DNA from: Candidatus Micrarchaeota archaeon | GTDB taxonomy: Archaea > Micrarchaeota > Micrarchaeia > Micrarchaeales > CABMGC01 | NCBI GenBank assembly: GCA_021810455.1 | Contig: JAJZIU010000003.1 | Location: 1-49,172 of the forward strand | Reading direction: 5' to 3' | Length of the DNA: 49,172 nt | Shown: piece by piece, positions 1 to 9,313 of the stretch | How positions within the stretch are numbered: position 1 is the first letter of the stretch | Layout: each line of letters starts with the position of its first letter | Made by a program: the position numbers and the translations under genes | The notes under the pieces: model-generated | Database searches by the model: none | What the model was told of the DNA's origin: nothing | What the model saw: the letters and a program-made list of their open reading frames with translations, nothing else

Positions 1-1
1 G

Positions 2-589
2 AGTTGTAGGAGAGCCGTAACTGGTTGTAGGAACACTCCACACGGTTTCGCCATTATAAGCATTAAGCGAAGTGAGGTACGAAGAAGATGATGTTGTATT
101 TGTTGTGAAGAGCATGTTGTTGTAGAGCATTAGATAACCCGGAGTCGAGGTTGGGAAGTTTCTTTGCCATACTTTGCTCCCATAAGTTGCATTCAGAGCG
201 TATATCGTATTTCCAGAAGCAAAGTAGATATTGCCATAATTGACAAAAACCTTGGAGTTTATCGTGCTGTTGGTTGGAAATATGAATGATATAGAAGATG
301 ATAAAGGACCGTACCCGGTAGCACCACTGTTTGCATTGTTTTTTTGATACTCGTTCCAAGTATCAGTACTTGCAGCTCCTTGATAGGTTATATTATATGC
401 AGTAGGGTTTCCAGTAGCCAACTCGCCGATGTTTGCTGACATCAATGTTTTTGATATTCCTTGCACATCGGCATAAGCAGATAGATAAGGAGCTGGAGGA
501 TAATAACTGAAGTATAGAAGTATGGATATGGCTACCGAAGCTATTATCAATGAGAATATTGCGTCTGTGGTAAAGACTACGGCTCGCAT
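2..589 (-). CDS. Secreted/surface protein with class III (pilin-like) signal peptide and PQQ-like beta-propeller repeats; 3' end runs off the window
   Basis: Not in the ORF track. Manual translation from ATG 589 is open to the edge: MRAVVFTTDAIFSLIIASVAISILLYF...YGNIYFASGNTIYALNATYGSKVWQ...LTSLNAYNGETVWSV. AL(N/D)xxxGxxxW units are typical of PQQ-like propellers. Confidence 0.75.
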   Translation of the reverse strand, partial: MRAVVFTTDAIFSLIIASVAISILLYFSYYPPAPYLSAYADVQGISKTLMSANIGELATGNPTAYNITYQGAASTDTWNEYQKNNANSGATGYGPLSSSISFIFPTNSTINSKVFVNYGNIYFASGNTIYALNATYGSKVWQRNFPTSTPGYLMLYNNMLFTTNTTSSSSYLTSLNAYNGETVWSVPTTSYGSPTT

Positions 590-679
590 ATGCTTTAGTA
601 TCCATATTCATGTTTTTATTGCTATGCGTGGACGACAGTGTAGATGGTTTATAATTGGCAAACCATTATACAGGATAAA

Positions 680-2743
680 TCACGTTCTGACCTTGTTTGG
701 AGTCGGATTTGATCTGCGAAGCACACTTGCTATATTGACTCCGGAAGTGCTTATCTCTTTTATCTTATCTTCGCAGAATTGCGAGAAGCGAGATAGCATG
801 TTGCCATAAATTCCGCCGTTGGTGATTTTATCGCTTAGTCCTCTCCTCATCATCTGCATATCAACATATCTGGATTTTTTGGACAGTTCCTGCAATGAAG
901 ATATAACACGCTCATCGTAAGAATTCTCACGTATCATCCTTCCAACATCTATTGCTTGCACAAAGTTGAGTTTGGGATCTGAAGAGTTAAGTAGAAGTTT
1001 CATGTCAAGCCGATCTATCCTCCCTCTTTCGAAATCTGCTATGTGTACCATAGAGAGAACCATGTTGTCTATTATTGCGTTTTGCTTGTCTGGTACGAGT
1101 CCGAAATCACGCATAATTACATCAAGACCAACTTCCCTGCCCAGCAAGTATGTAGCATATGCTTTTGATGCTTCGTTTAGTTCGCGACTGCGGATTACAT
1201 ACTTTAGCATAGGAAAATAACTCTCGCTTATTTTGTCTTTCATAAGGAGTTCCCCGAATAGTGGCTTTCTCACATCGCTATCGTGAAATGCATGCTTTGA
1301 GAGATTACCAGCTATTTCAGGATCATTGAGTTTGCCAAACCTACTAAGTTCCACAACTATTTCTTTTTTTATTACCGCAGGCTGGTTCTGTAATTCTTTT
1401 TTAAGAACCTCGAGTATGCGTTCCTTGGATCCATGGACCATTTCGAGTTGATATGCTCTCAGTTTCAGTTCGTTAGATTTTGAATCGAAAGTATCGTGAA
1501 GCGTTTTTATTATATCGGCCATACCTTCTGAAGATTTAGTATAAGTCATAGATTTTACTAAAGCTATAAGAACGGTTTCGTCAGACTCTTTGAGTAGGGC
1601 TTTTTGAGCCATTTGAGGAGTTATTACACCATGCTCACCTAGCTGCATGAACGCTTGCATGCGTACCGCAGGTATTGAGTCGTTGTATGCTGAGAACTGT
1701 ATGATCGGTTTGTATCTTTCAAAATTTATTTTTGACATGGCATATATGGATAGTTCTCTCATTCCAGGATCGTCATTTGATTTGAAGGCGCGAAGAAGAA
1801 CGTCATTCTCATCTATCCTTGCCGATATAGAAAACCACATAGCAGCATATGCGAGAGACTTGTTTCCATTCTTTTTCATGCCTTCATCGAAAAGATATCG
1901 AATATCCTTCTGCAGATCAGCTTCACTTATCATACCAGCGTGCAGTAGTATGTTATCCCTAACTTCTATCATTAGCGGATCGCTTGTCTTGAATTTCAAG
2001 GCTCTTTCTCCAAGTTCATTGAAGCCGTCCTTTCCAAGCATCATTAGAAGTGTGGATATTTCAAATGCACCAGTGTATCTTGCAAGGAAATATAGGTGAT
2101 CGCTCTCCGGCCAGAATTTTTGGCCTTCTTTTGTAACATGTATTGGTTGCAATCCGTGTTTAAGTAGATAGAAGCTTGTAAAAAGTCTGTCCAATCTTCC
2201 GTTTCCATCTTCGAAAGGATGCAGATCTACAAGTCTTAGGAAAAATTCTGTTGAACTTGCAAATGCATCAATAGGGGAATCATGTTTTAGGTTTAGTAAG
2301 GATATTATCTCATTAAGGTCTTTTTCTACAGTGCTTACTGGAGTGACTATGTGTGGTCCGTTGCTAAGTCTGTATCTTCTCAATCCTTCTTTGTACTTAC
2401 CGTTCCCATATATGCCATCAAGTAATCTTTTTCTTACCGCAAGCACATCGGATGTTGTTACCTCCTTATCATTCAAATCAACAAGCATGTCCAGTACATT
2501 GGATGAGTTAAGTATGGCTATGTAATCAGGTATTTTGCCGTCTTTTTCGCGTATCGCACCGCTCAAAAACAAATCTATGGGACTGATGGATTTCGCATCC
2601 GCATCTGTTTCAGAATAGAATATTGCTTTAATTATACTGTGTGACAATTCCGATCTGAAATCGCCTTTTACGGATATCAGATCAGATATCCCAAGTCTCT
2701 CGAGCATCTCCTTGTAATGGGCTTCCATAAAAACATTCCACAC
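680..2743 (-). CDS. Fic-domain protein (putative AMPylase) with C-terminal HEAT-like helical repeats
   Basis: Canonical Fic motif HPFEDGNGRLDR; repeats such as SNDDPGMRELSIYAM, NDSIPAVRMQAFMQLG, DSKSNELKLRAY. Start uncertain (GTG 2743 or ATG 2728). Confidence 0.85.
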   Translation of the reverse strand: MWNVFMEAHYKEMLERLGISDLISVKGDFRSELSHSIIKAIFYSETDADAKSISPIDLFLSGAIREKDGKIPDYIAILNSSNVLDMLVDLNDKEVTTSDVLAVRKRLLDGIYGNGKYKEGLRRYRLSNGPHIVTPVSTVEKDLNEIISLLNLKHDSPIDAFASSTEFFLRLVDLHPFEDGNGRLDRLFTSFYLLKHGLQPIHVTKEGQKFWPESDHLYFLARYTGAFEISTLLMMLGKDGFNELGERALKFKTSDPLMIEVRDNILLHAGMISEADLQKDIRYLFDEGMKKNGNKSLAYAAMWFSISARIDENDVLLRAFKSNDDPGMRELSIYAMSKINFERYKPIIQFSAYNDSIPAVRMQAFMQLGEHGVITPQMAQKALLKESDETVLIALVKSMTYTKSSEGMADIIKTLHDTFDSKSNELKLRAYQLEMVHGSKERILEVLKKELQNQPAVIKKEIVVELSRFGKLNDPEIAGNLSKHAFHDSDVRKPLFGELLMKDKISESYFPMLKYVIRSRELNEASKAYATYLLGREVGLDVIMRDFGLVPDKQNAIIDNMVLSMVHIADFERGRIDRLDMKLLLNSSDPKLNFVQAIDVGRMIRENSYDERVISSLQELSKKSRYVDMQMMRRGLSDKITNGGIYGNMLSRFSQFCEDKIKEISTSGVNIASVLRRSNPTPNKVRT

Positions 2744-2766
2744 TATGTTTTTGACACATTTTCATT

Positions 2767-2794
2767 TTGCATGTCATTGAACTTTGACATGCAA
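2767..2794. repeat. Perfect 10-bp inverted repeat TTGCATGTCA-N8-TGACATGCAA
   Basis: Read directly; lies just upstream of the Fic gene and covers the ATG (2790) of a 15-codon upstream ORF. Confidence 0.85.
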
Positions 2795-2807
2795 TACCCT
2801 ACCTGTA

Positions 2808-2922
2808 CAGAGTGATAATAGGTGCATACATGCCAGGCACTAAAGAAGAAGTTAAGGCAGTGAGCTAATGCAGTTCGTTGTCTTAAACCAAACACCTACA
2901 CTCTGATTATGGTGTCTTTTTT
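2808..2922 (+). ncRNA. Candidate structured RNA (nested stems, U-tract end), antisense to the Fic leader
   Basis: Outer stem CAGAGTG(ATAA)TAGGTG 2808-2824 pairs with CACCTA-CACTCTG 2893-2905. Inner 15-bp hairpin 2852-2866/2872-2886 has four G-U pairs that form only on the + strand. T6 run at 2917-2922. Confidence 0.45.
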
Positions 2923-2927
2923 GCTGA

Positions 2928-2942
2928 TATAAATACTTTTCT
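2928..2942 (-). promoter_or_regulatory. Putative BRE/TATA promoter for the Fic leader
   Basis: Minus strand reads AGAAAAG-TATTTATA: a purine-rich BRE-like run followed by a TATA box. Confidence 0.45.
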
Positions 2943-3060
2943 AACGTGTAAAGTCAAGAATTGAAAATCAAGCATAGCAATAAATAGTAGTAATTACTTA
3001 ATAGTTAGTTTGTTGACTAACAGAAACACTTGCACTGTTAAGCTGTTTTTTATTTATATG

Positions 3061-4215
3061 TCATCTCCATCGAGTCTTTGGAAGCAGCACATCCTTGTAA
3101 TTTTCTAGCCTGTTTTTGTTTGGAAGTAGATCCTTTATGATTTCACCTATTGCATCTTTCATTTGTACTTTTAGCTTGAATCCTAATGAAGGCAGCACGG
3201 TCCTTTCAGGATTGTAATGATGCTGTTCCTCTTCAACTCTTGGATTTTCAACATTTTTTATTTTTGCATCTATACCTAGTTTTGCTGCTTCAGTTTTTAC
3301 TATCTCGGCGATCTCATTCACACTTAGCAATTCCATGAATTGGTTTACAGATCGGTATTCTCCAGTCTTTGGTTTGTTCTCTATGAGAAGGGTCAATGCA
3401 TCCATGCTATCTTGCAATGAGAGGAATCCGCGAATTTGACCCCCTTTACCGTATGGCGTTAGTGGTTCTCCCAGAATGGCCTCGACACAATACCTATTGA
3501 CAACAGTCCCCCACACCGCATCGAAATCAAATCTCGTGAATAGATCTTCACTTTTTATCTCGCTCGTCCTAGTACCATATACAGGCCCTTGCATTATGTC
3601 GGTCATTGTTATCCCCCATAATTTATTTGCGAATAATAGATTGTTAGTATCGTGAACTTTTGTCCAGTGATACCAGGAACCGCCCCATTTTGGAGTGGTT
3701 ATCTTGTCTCTTTTGCCTTTTATTTCCACGTCAACAAACGGTGCTTCGGGTATATCGAATTTTGGAGTTCCGAATTCCCCCATAGTGCCCATTTTCACAA
3801 CGTGAGTATCTAAATCAGCACCCCTTATAGCATAAATGAGGTTGATTGTTCCGTTGATATTATTTCTCATAGTGTAGGTAGCATGATTTACATCAATCAT
3901 CGAGTATGGTGCAGATCTTTGCTCAGCAAAGTGTACTATCGTTTCAGGTGTGTGCTCTTTTATAGTATCACATATGAGTTTGTAATCAGTTATGTCACCC
4001 TTTACAAATGTTATTTTGCCTTTGAATTCTTTATTTGCAATTTTGACACGTTCATCCATGGACTTAATCGGGAGGGCCGATATAGACCCAACCTCTTCCA
4101 CAGATTTCCTTGTTGCCATGTTGTCGATTCCTATAACTTCGTATCCTTTAGATGCCATTCTCAGTGCCAGTGGCCATCCCAAATATCCGTCTATTCCCAA
4201 TATCATTACTTTCAA
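3061..4215 (-). CDS. agl3: UDP-sulfoquinovose synthase (Agl3/SqdB)
   Basis: GIDGYLG Rossmann motif, HFAEQRSAPYSM, KMGTMGEFGTP, YHWTK, DIMQGPVYG, NPRVEEEQHHYNP; TTG start 4 nt after GGTGA. Confidence 0.93.
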   Translation of the reverse strand: MKVMILGIDGYLGWPLALRMASKGYEVIGIDNMATRKSVEEVGSISALPIKSMDERVKIANKEFKGKITFVKGDITDYKLICDTIKEHTPETIVHFAEQRSAPYSMIDVNHATYTMRNNINGTINLIYAIRGADLDTHVVKMGTMGEFGTPKFDIPEAPFVDVEIKGKRDKITTPKWGGSWYHWTKVHDTNNLLFANKLWGITMTDIMQGPVYGTRTSEIKSEDLFTRFDFDAVWGTVVNRYCVEAILGEPLTPYGKGGQIRGFLSLQDSMDALTLLIENKPKTGEYRSVNQFMELLSVNEIAEIVKTEAAKLGIDAKIKNVENPRVEEEQHHYNPERTVLPSLGFKLKVQMKDAIGEIIKDLLPNKNRLENYKDVLLPKTRWR

Positions 4216-4236
4216 TTACTCACCAGTAAACACGAT

Positions 4237-5613
4237 TCAACCTAAATTTTCCTCAACCAGCCCCTTAAGCTTATCGGATATGGATTTGGCTTCAGAATTA
4301 TCCTTTGCTTCAGTAGTTATCCGTATTACAGGTTCTGTTCCACTTTTGCGCACTATGAACCAGTATCCATTTCCAACAAACTTCAGACCATCTTCGTCTA
4401 TATCATCAACTGTGCCATTTCCGGAATATTTTTCTTTGATTTTTTCTATAATAGATTTCATGTTTGTACTTCTTGATGCGGATACTTTCAATTTTTGGGT
4501 GTGATACATAGGCAAAGTTGAGAATAACGTAGATGAATCCTCATCGTGGTTAGAGAGCATTTCCACCATTATGGCAAATGCCATTCCACCGTCACGAACA
4601 GGTTGATGCTCGGGATACATAAATCCCCCACTGTCCTCTATGCCGGCTATCCCGCCATCATTTATCAAAGCCCGTGATATGAACATAGGTCCTATTTTTG
4701 TCCAGATGGTTTTTACATTGAATTCGTTGAGATATTCTTCTATTAGAGGGGAACTGGCTATAGGAGCAAACACCCTCCTTGGAAGCTTCTTTTCTTTTGA
4801 TGCTAGCCAACCAGCAAGAAGAGCGCCGCTTCTATCTCCAAACTGGACTTTTCCCTTAGAATCTATGAATATAGCTCTATCAGCATCTCCATCATGAGCT
4901 ACAGTTATGTCTACCCCTAATCTGACAGATATTTCAGCGGTTTTTATTAGTGTTTCTGGAGTTGGTTCCGGTTTTCTTGAAGACATAAGAGGATCCAACT
5001 TCGTATTTATTTCGTAAATTTGGCATCCCAATTCTTTTGCTATAGCGACAGTTGTTATAGAGCCAACACTGTTTGCCCCATCTATCAAAACTTTCAATCT
5101 GCGTTTTGATATCTGTGCTTTGTTAACGTGTTTAACAACACCAGAAACATAGTCTTTTATTGAATTCTCATAAGTGTGTATATCTGTTGTAAGCTTTTTC
5201 CAATTGACAGGATTCATATCGTTTTTGAAGTATATCGATTCTATTTTGTCTTCTTCTGAAGAATCTATTTCTATGCCATCTTTACCGATGACCTTTATCC
5301 CATTGAATTCGGGAGGGTTATGACTAGCTGTTATCATTACACCAGCATCAAATCCTGCAGCTTTAACATTGAATTGTAATGCGGGAGTAGGAAGCACGCC
5401 AGCGTATGTGACTATTTCTCCAGAAGCCATTAACCCACTTTCCACAGCCCTTATGATCATATCTCCACCAGCACGCACATCCCTGCCTATTAATATTTTC
5501 TTCCCTTCACCGAAGTATGTCCCTATGGATTTGCCCATTCGCATAGCTAACTCAGGTGTGAGTTCTTCGTTGGTTACACCGCGTATTCCATTCGTGCCAA
5601 ACAGTTTTCCCAT
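4237..5613 (-). CDS. Phosphohexomutase (phosphoglucomutase/phosphomannomutase/GlmM family)
   Basis: LFGTNGIRG, TASHNP phosphoserine loop, DGDADR metal loop, RKSGTEP. Confidence 0.93.
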   Translation of the reverse strand: MGKLFGTNGIRGVTNEELTPELAMRMGKSIGTYFGEGKKILIGRDVRAGGDMIIRAVESGLMASGEIVTYAGVLPTPALQFNVKAAGFDAGVMITASHNPPEFNGIKVIGKDGIEIDSSEEDKIESIYFKNDMNPVNWKKLTTDIHTYENSIKDYVSGVVKHVNKAQISKRRLKVLIDGANSVGSITTVAIAKELGCQIYEINTKLDPLMSSRKPEPTPETLIKTAEISVRLGVDITVAHDGDADRAIFIDSKGKVQFGDRSGALLAGWLASKEKKLPRRVFAPIASSPLIEEYLNEFNVKTIWTKIGPMFISRALINDGGIAGIEDSGGFMYPEHQPVRDGGMAFAIMVEMLSNHDEDSSTLFSTLPMYHTQKLKVSASRSTNMKSIIEKIKEKYSGNGTVDDIDEDGLKFVGNGYWFIVRKSGTEPVIRITTEAKDNSEAKSISDKLKGLVEENLG

Positions 5614-5616
5614 GAT

Positions 5617-7044
5617 TCAACCTTCTTTATTATTTATCCCATAGAAGCTTAATATCATTTCGAATATGTCAACAACCTTGAGATATTTTGAATGTTTAAA
5701 GCTGTTCGGATAAAGACCGAAAATTCCTTCTCTAGTATGGTCACCGTTTCTTGCAGGTTCTGGAACAGAGAATAGTTCCGATCCAGAATAATTGAATATA
5801 TCTATAGTGTGACCATCACTTATTTTGAAAATAATATCCGGGGTTATGTTGTCTTTTGACTTTTTTGCATCGTAGAGTTCTGTGACAAGTTTTTTCCCTT
5901 CGTCATCCTTCATAGCTAGCATTTTTTTGATGATTTCTTTCTTCAACTTGTTTCGTTCTTTTTCTGTTACGCGTTGTGAAATAAATCTTGAGTCATTTAT
6001 CCATATGCTACCGAACGGATTGTTTGTTAATGATGCAAATGCTTTTGTCGATTTCATATCTAATGTTTTTGTGTCCTTTGTTTCTTCAATATCATTTTCC
6101 ACTACGCTCGCGCATATGAATTTCATCACGGTTGTCTTAGAAGATACATTAATCTGTTCTAACTTGTTTCTTGAAGCCTTGTTATTTTCAAGATTTGACG
6201 TTTCATAAGGGTTGGGTTTCTCACTTGTTCGTTTTATAGAAGCGTAATTGTTGTTTATCAGCCATGCATTAAGCATGAATTTGCTACGTATTCCCTGCGC
6301 ACCATGATCGGAAACTAGCATTATTACATCTTCCGGATTCTTCCATGAAATCAGCCACTCGATGAATTGCGATATGTGACGATATAGAGGTTCGACAAAA
6401 TCCTCCCAGTTTCGCATATTGAGTGTATAATGTTGTATTCTGTCAATCTCAGTGAAGCAGATAAATGAGAATCCGTATTTACCAGAGGTAATAAGGTTTT
6501 TCGTCATTTCTGACCTGTTTTTAATGCTTTCAGAGTATATTTTTGTTGCCTCAGATAGTTTAAGCGTACCTTGCCTTAAACCTTCTTCTATCTCTGGCTC
6601 TCCATAGAAACCAGATTTTTTTGCTGCGTTTTTAAGTTTGTTGGAAGAATAGCGCGGTTTTAGTGGAAAACCCGTAATGATATCGACGTTTGATGAACCT
6701 GTTTGAACAACTGTTGCAGGGGTTACTATAAGGCACTTCACACCGTTTCGAGCAAGGATTTCCCAGAATGGAGGATGTCTTTTTGTGTCATAGTATATGA
6801 GTTCTTTAGTGTAATCCTTATTTAATTTAAAAAAATTAGTTACTCCGTGAATACTGGGATCTAATCCAGTGTATATGCTTGGCCATGCTACAGGAGTAAG
6901 AGGAGGTATGGTAGATTCCAAGTTTTCCAGTGTTCCGGAATCAATAAATTTTAGAAATCCTTTGAGTTTGTATTTAGAAGATAATTTTTTTATTATCCAT
7001 TTTGGTGCAGAATCTATACCTATTACGAACAGTCTCTTGTTCAT
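5617..7044 (-). CDS. Alkaline-phosphatase superfamily protein (type I phosphodiesterase/nucleotide pyrophosphatase-like)
   Basis: VIGIDSA, STIPPLTPVAWPSIYTG (Thr nucleophile), DRIQH, VSDHG, GDHTREG. Confidence 0.85.
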   Translation of the reverse strand: MNKRLFVIGIDSAPKWIIKKLSSKYKLKGFLKFIDSGTLENLESTIPPLTPVAWPSIYTGLDPSIHGVTNFFKLNKDYTKELIYYDTKRHPPFWEILARNGVKCLIVTPATVVQTGSSNVDIITGFPLKPRYSSNKLKNAAKKSGFYGEPEIEEGLRQGTLKLSEATKIYSESIKNRSEMTKNLITSGKYGFSFICFTEIDRIQHYTLNMRNWEDFVEPLYRHISQFIEWLISWKNPEDVIMLVSDHGAQGIRSKFMLNAWLINNNYASIKRTSEKPNPYETSNLENNKASRNKLEQINVSSKTTVMKFICASVVENDIEETKDTKTLDMKSTKAFASLTNNPFGSIWINDSRFISQRVTEKERNKLKKEIIKKMLAMKDDEGKKLVTELYDAKKSKDNITPDIIFKISDGHTIDIFNYSGSELFSVPEPARNGDHTREGIFGLYPNSFKHSKYLKVVDIFEMILSFYGINNKEG

Positions 7045-8228
7045 TTTATAACACCTATACCCAAAAATCCTTTTGAGTCGTACATGGTGAACCGGGATAG
7101 TTCGGGTATGCTTCTTTCTATTACGACAACGTCCTGAACCCTGACTGTTGCGAATGATACTGAAAGAGATTTGAGCACTTTCGAATCTTTAAGTCCCCCG
7201 TATTTATCAATCAAGGCCTTGGGAGCTATTAGGGATTTTGAAATGGTGCCATTGATGTTGATTGAAATATCGCCTCTTTGATTTCTAATAGGAAATACCA
7301 ACGAATCAAAGGCTTTGACAGTGTGCAGATTGGAATTTTTTGTTGATGCAACATTTCCGCGTGTCACTCCGATAGGAGGATTTACACGTATGGCTACGTT
7401 TATACCTTTGCGTGCAATTTTTGAAGATTTATTTTTAACAAAAATGTTTTCTATTTTGCAGTTTTTCATATAAGGCAGTATTAGTAACTTGTCATTTATG
7501 TGGATACTTCCAGACAATATTTTGCCCAGTATAGTATTATTATCAAGGTTGCCTTGAAGAATTATAGATAGTTTTTTGCTTTGTGAAACTTTGCTTTTCG
7601 GAGCGTTGAGTATAGTTGTGATGAGGCATTCGCCCTCGTACCATGGAATTTTGCCAGATCTCGATATGAGATTTTCCATCTTGTATGCAGATATTGGAAC
7701 AAATGTGCACCATGTCCACCCTATCCTATCAAGATAAGTTTTGAACTCGTTTTTTATTTTATTGAATGTTTTTTCATCGTAAGATATTAGATCCATCTTG
7801 TTTACTGCAACTATCAGATTTTTTATGTCTAGCATTTTTGCTATCAGTACATGCCTCTTTGTCTGTTCGGTTATGCCTTCGTTTCTTAATGCAGAAATGA
7901 TGATCAGGGCAGTGTCCCCGTAAGATGCACCAGTTATCATATTGCCAATAAGTTCTTCATGACCTGGAACGTCTATAAATTCTATGAAATTCCCATTAAA
8001 AACCAAGGATGCCCTAGAGGTATCTATTGTCAGTCCGCCTTCGTGTTCTTCCTCAAAACTGTCTATTATGAATCCAGGCTCAAAGATTTTCCCAAGTTTA
8101 GAACTGATGGACTTGGCTTTTTCCAAACGTTCACTACTTACGGATTTTGTAACTATTAGCATACTACCTATGAGTGTCGATTTGCCATGATCCTTATGGC
8201 CCAATAATGTAACCCTGTTTGAAATCAT
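7041..8228 (-). CDS. cysN: Sulfate adenylyltransferase subunit 1 (EF-Tu-like GTPase)
   Basis: GHKDHGKST, GLTID, DVPGH, NKMD, PISA; immediately downstream of cysD. Confidence 0.8.
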   Translation of the reverse strand: MISNRVTLLGHKDHGKSTLIGSMLIVTKSVSSERLEKAKSISSKLGKIFEPGFIIDSFEEEHEGGLTIDTSRASLVFNGNFIEFIDVPGHEELIGNMITGASYGDTALIIISALRNEGITEQTKRHVLIAKMLDIKNLIVAVNKMDLISYDEKTFNKIKNEFKTYLDRIGWTWCTFVPISAYKMENLISRSGKIPWYEGECLITTILNAPKSKVSQSKKLSIILQGNLDNNTILGKILSGSIHINDKLLILPYMKNCKIENIFVKNKSSKIARKGINVAIRVNPPIGVTRGNVASTKNSNLHTVKAFDSLVFPIRNQRGDISININGTISKSLIAPKALIDKYGGLKDSKVLKSLSVSFATVRVQDVVVIERSIPELSRFTMYDSKGFLGIGVIK

Positions 8229-8235
8229 CTACCCA

Positions 8236-9024
8236 CTACATGTAACCTAGTGCTCTTAGTTTGGACATGACATAATCTTTCTCTTTATCTTGATCTCTCC
8301 CTTGCCTTTCTTCGGTTGTTGAGACTTTCAATTCTGCCATTATTTGTGGTATGTTTTTTGCATTAGATTTTATCATAGATGTGCAATGTGTGCAACCAAG
8401 GCTCCTATACCTGAACCCATTTCTTGAGAAGTACAGCGGATTAACAGGTATTTTTTCGGCTTGGGTATAGTTCCAGACATCTATCTCGTTCCAATCTAAA
8501 AGAGGGTGTATCCGGGCATGCTCACCCTCTTCTATTTTTGAAGAATAATCATCCCACAATTCAGCCTTTTGATTTTTGTAATCCCACTTGAAATCCTTGT
8601 TGCGTTTTGATACGTATCTTTCTTTAGAGCGTATACCATGTTCATCTCTTCTTATCGATACTATTAATGCATTGAAACCTTGTTCTTTCATTATCTTTTT
8701 TAGGGCTTCAGTTTTGTTTGAACCGCAACAACTAAATCCGGAAAGTTCCTTTTTTATTTTGCTTTCTGCAACTATGAGATCTAATTTCCATTTTTTTGTT
8801 AACAGATCCCTGAATTCGTAAGTTTCTGGAAAGTCTATCCCATTATCTATGTGTATAACGGGGAAAGGTATTTTGCTAACAAATGCTTTTCTTGCTACTG
8901 CAAGCATAGCAGTAGAATCTTTGCCCATGCTCCATAGAGCAGCAACATTGTCAAAGCGAGAGACGGCTTCCCTAAGCAAGAATATGCTTCTCTCTTCCAG
9001 TAGGCTGAGGTTTTGTTTTATCAT
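8236..9024 (-). CDS. cysD: Sulfate adenylyltransferase subunit 2
   Basis: WSMGKDS PP-loop, IRRDEHGIRSKER, RIHPLLDW, RYRSLGC, ERQGRDQD, C-terminal LGYM. Confidence 0.9.
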   Translation of the reverse strand: MIKQNLSLLEERSIFLLREAVSRFDNVAALWSMGKDSTAMLAVARKAFVSKIPFPVIHIDNGIDFPETYEFRDLLTKKWKLDLIVAESKIKKELSGFSCCGSNKTEALKKIMKEQGFNALIVSIRRDEHGIRSKERYVSKRNKDFKWDYKNQKAELWDDYSSKIEEGEHARIHPLLDWNEIDVWNYTQAEKIPVNPLYFSRNGFRYRSLGCTHCTSMIKSNAKNIPQIMAELKVSTTEERQGRDQDKEKDYVMSKLRALGYM

Positions 9025-9305
9025 TTAGACACCAGATTAACACTCCGAAGATCTTTGAGATATATGAGAGCTCCGCGAATATCGTTCTTTTTGATTACGG
9101 ATAACGGTACTCGAGTTATAGGTTTGTTTTTTATATCGTACAATTCGACGTAAGAGCGTTTTAGATCATCTGATTTGTTTAAACCTTTGTAAAAGACACG
9201 ATAATATTTTACATTGCTTTTTTTGAGCTCTTCTGAGAATGATTCCCAATCATCTATTTTGTTAGACTTTTGAAGTTTGAGTGCCGCTTTTTCTATGTCT
9301 GCCAT
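9021..9305 (-). CDS. Hypothetical protein within the cysDN operon
   Basis: 94-aa ORF, ATGA overlap with cysD, 8 bp from the upstream gene. Confidence 0.7.
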   Translation of the reverse strand: MADIEKAALKLQKSNKIDDWESFSEELKKSNVKYYRVFYKGLNKSDDLKRSYVELYDIKNKPITRVPLSVIKKNDIRGALIYLKDLRSVNLVSK

Positions 9306-9313
9306 AAAATCAA

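Noticed and set aside
63-809. ORF-track entries 63-359, 393-611 and 522-809
   Set aside because: Off-frame or antisense shadows of the minus-strand gene starting at 589 and of the Fic 3' end
2811-2906. Box C/D sRNA reading (GTGATAA ... CTGA)
   Set aside because: Box C is imperfect, there is no convincing C'/D' pair, and both boxes overlap the Watson-Crick outer stem; kept only as a generic structured RNA
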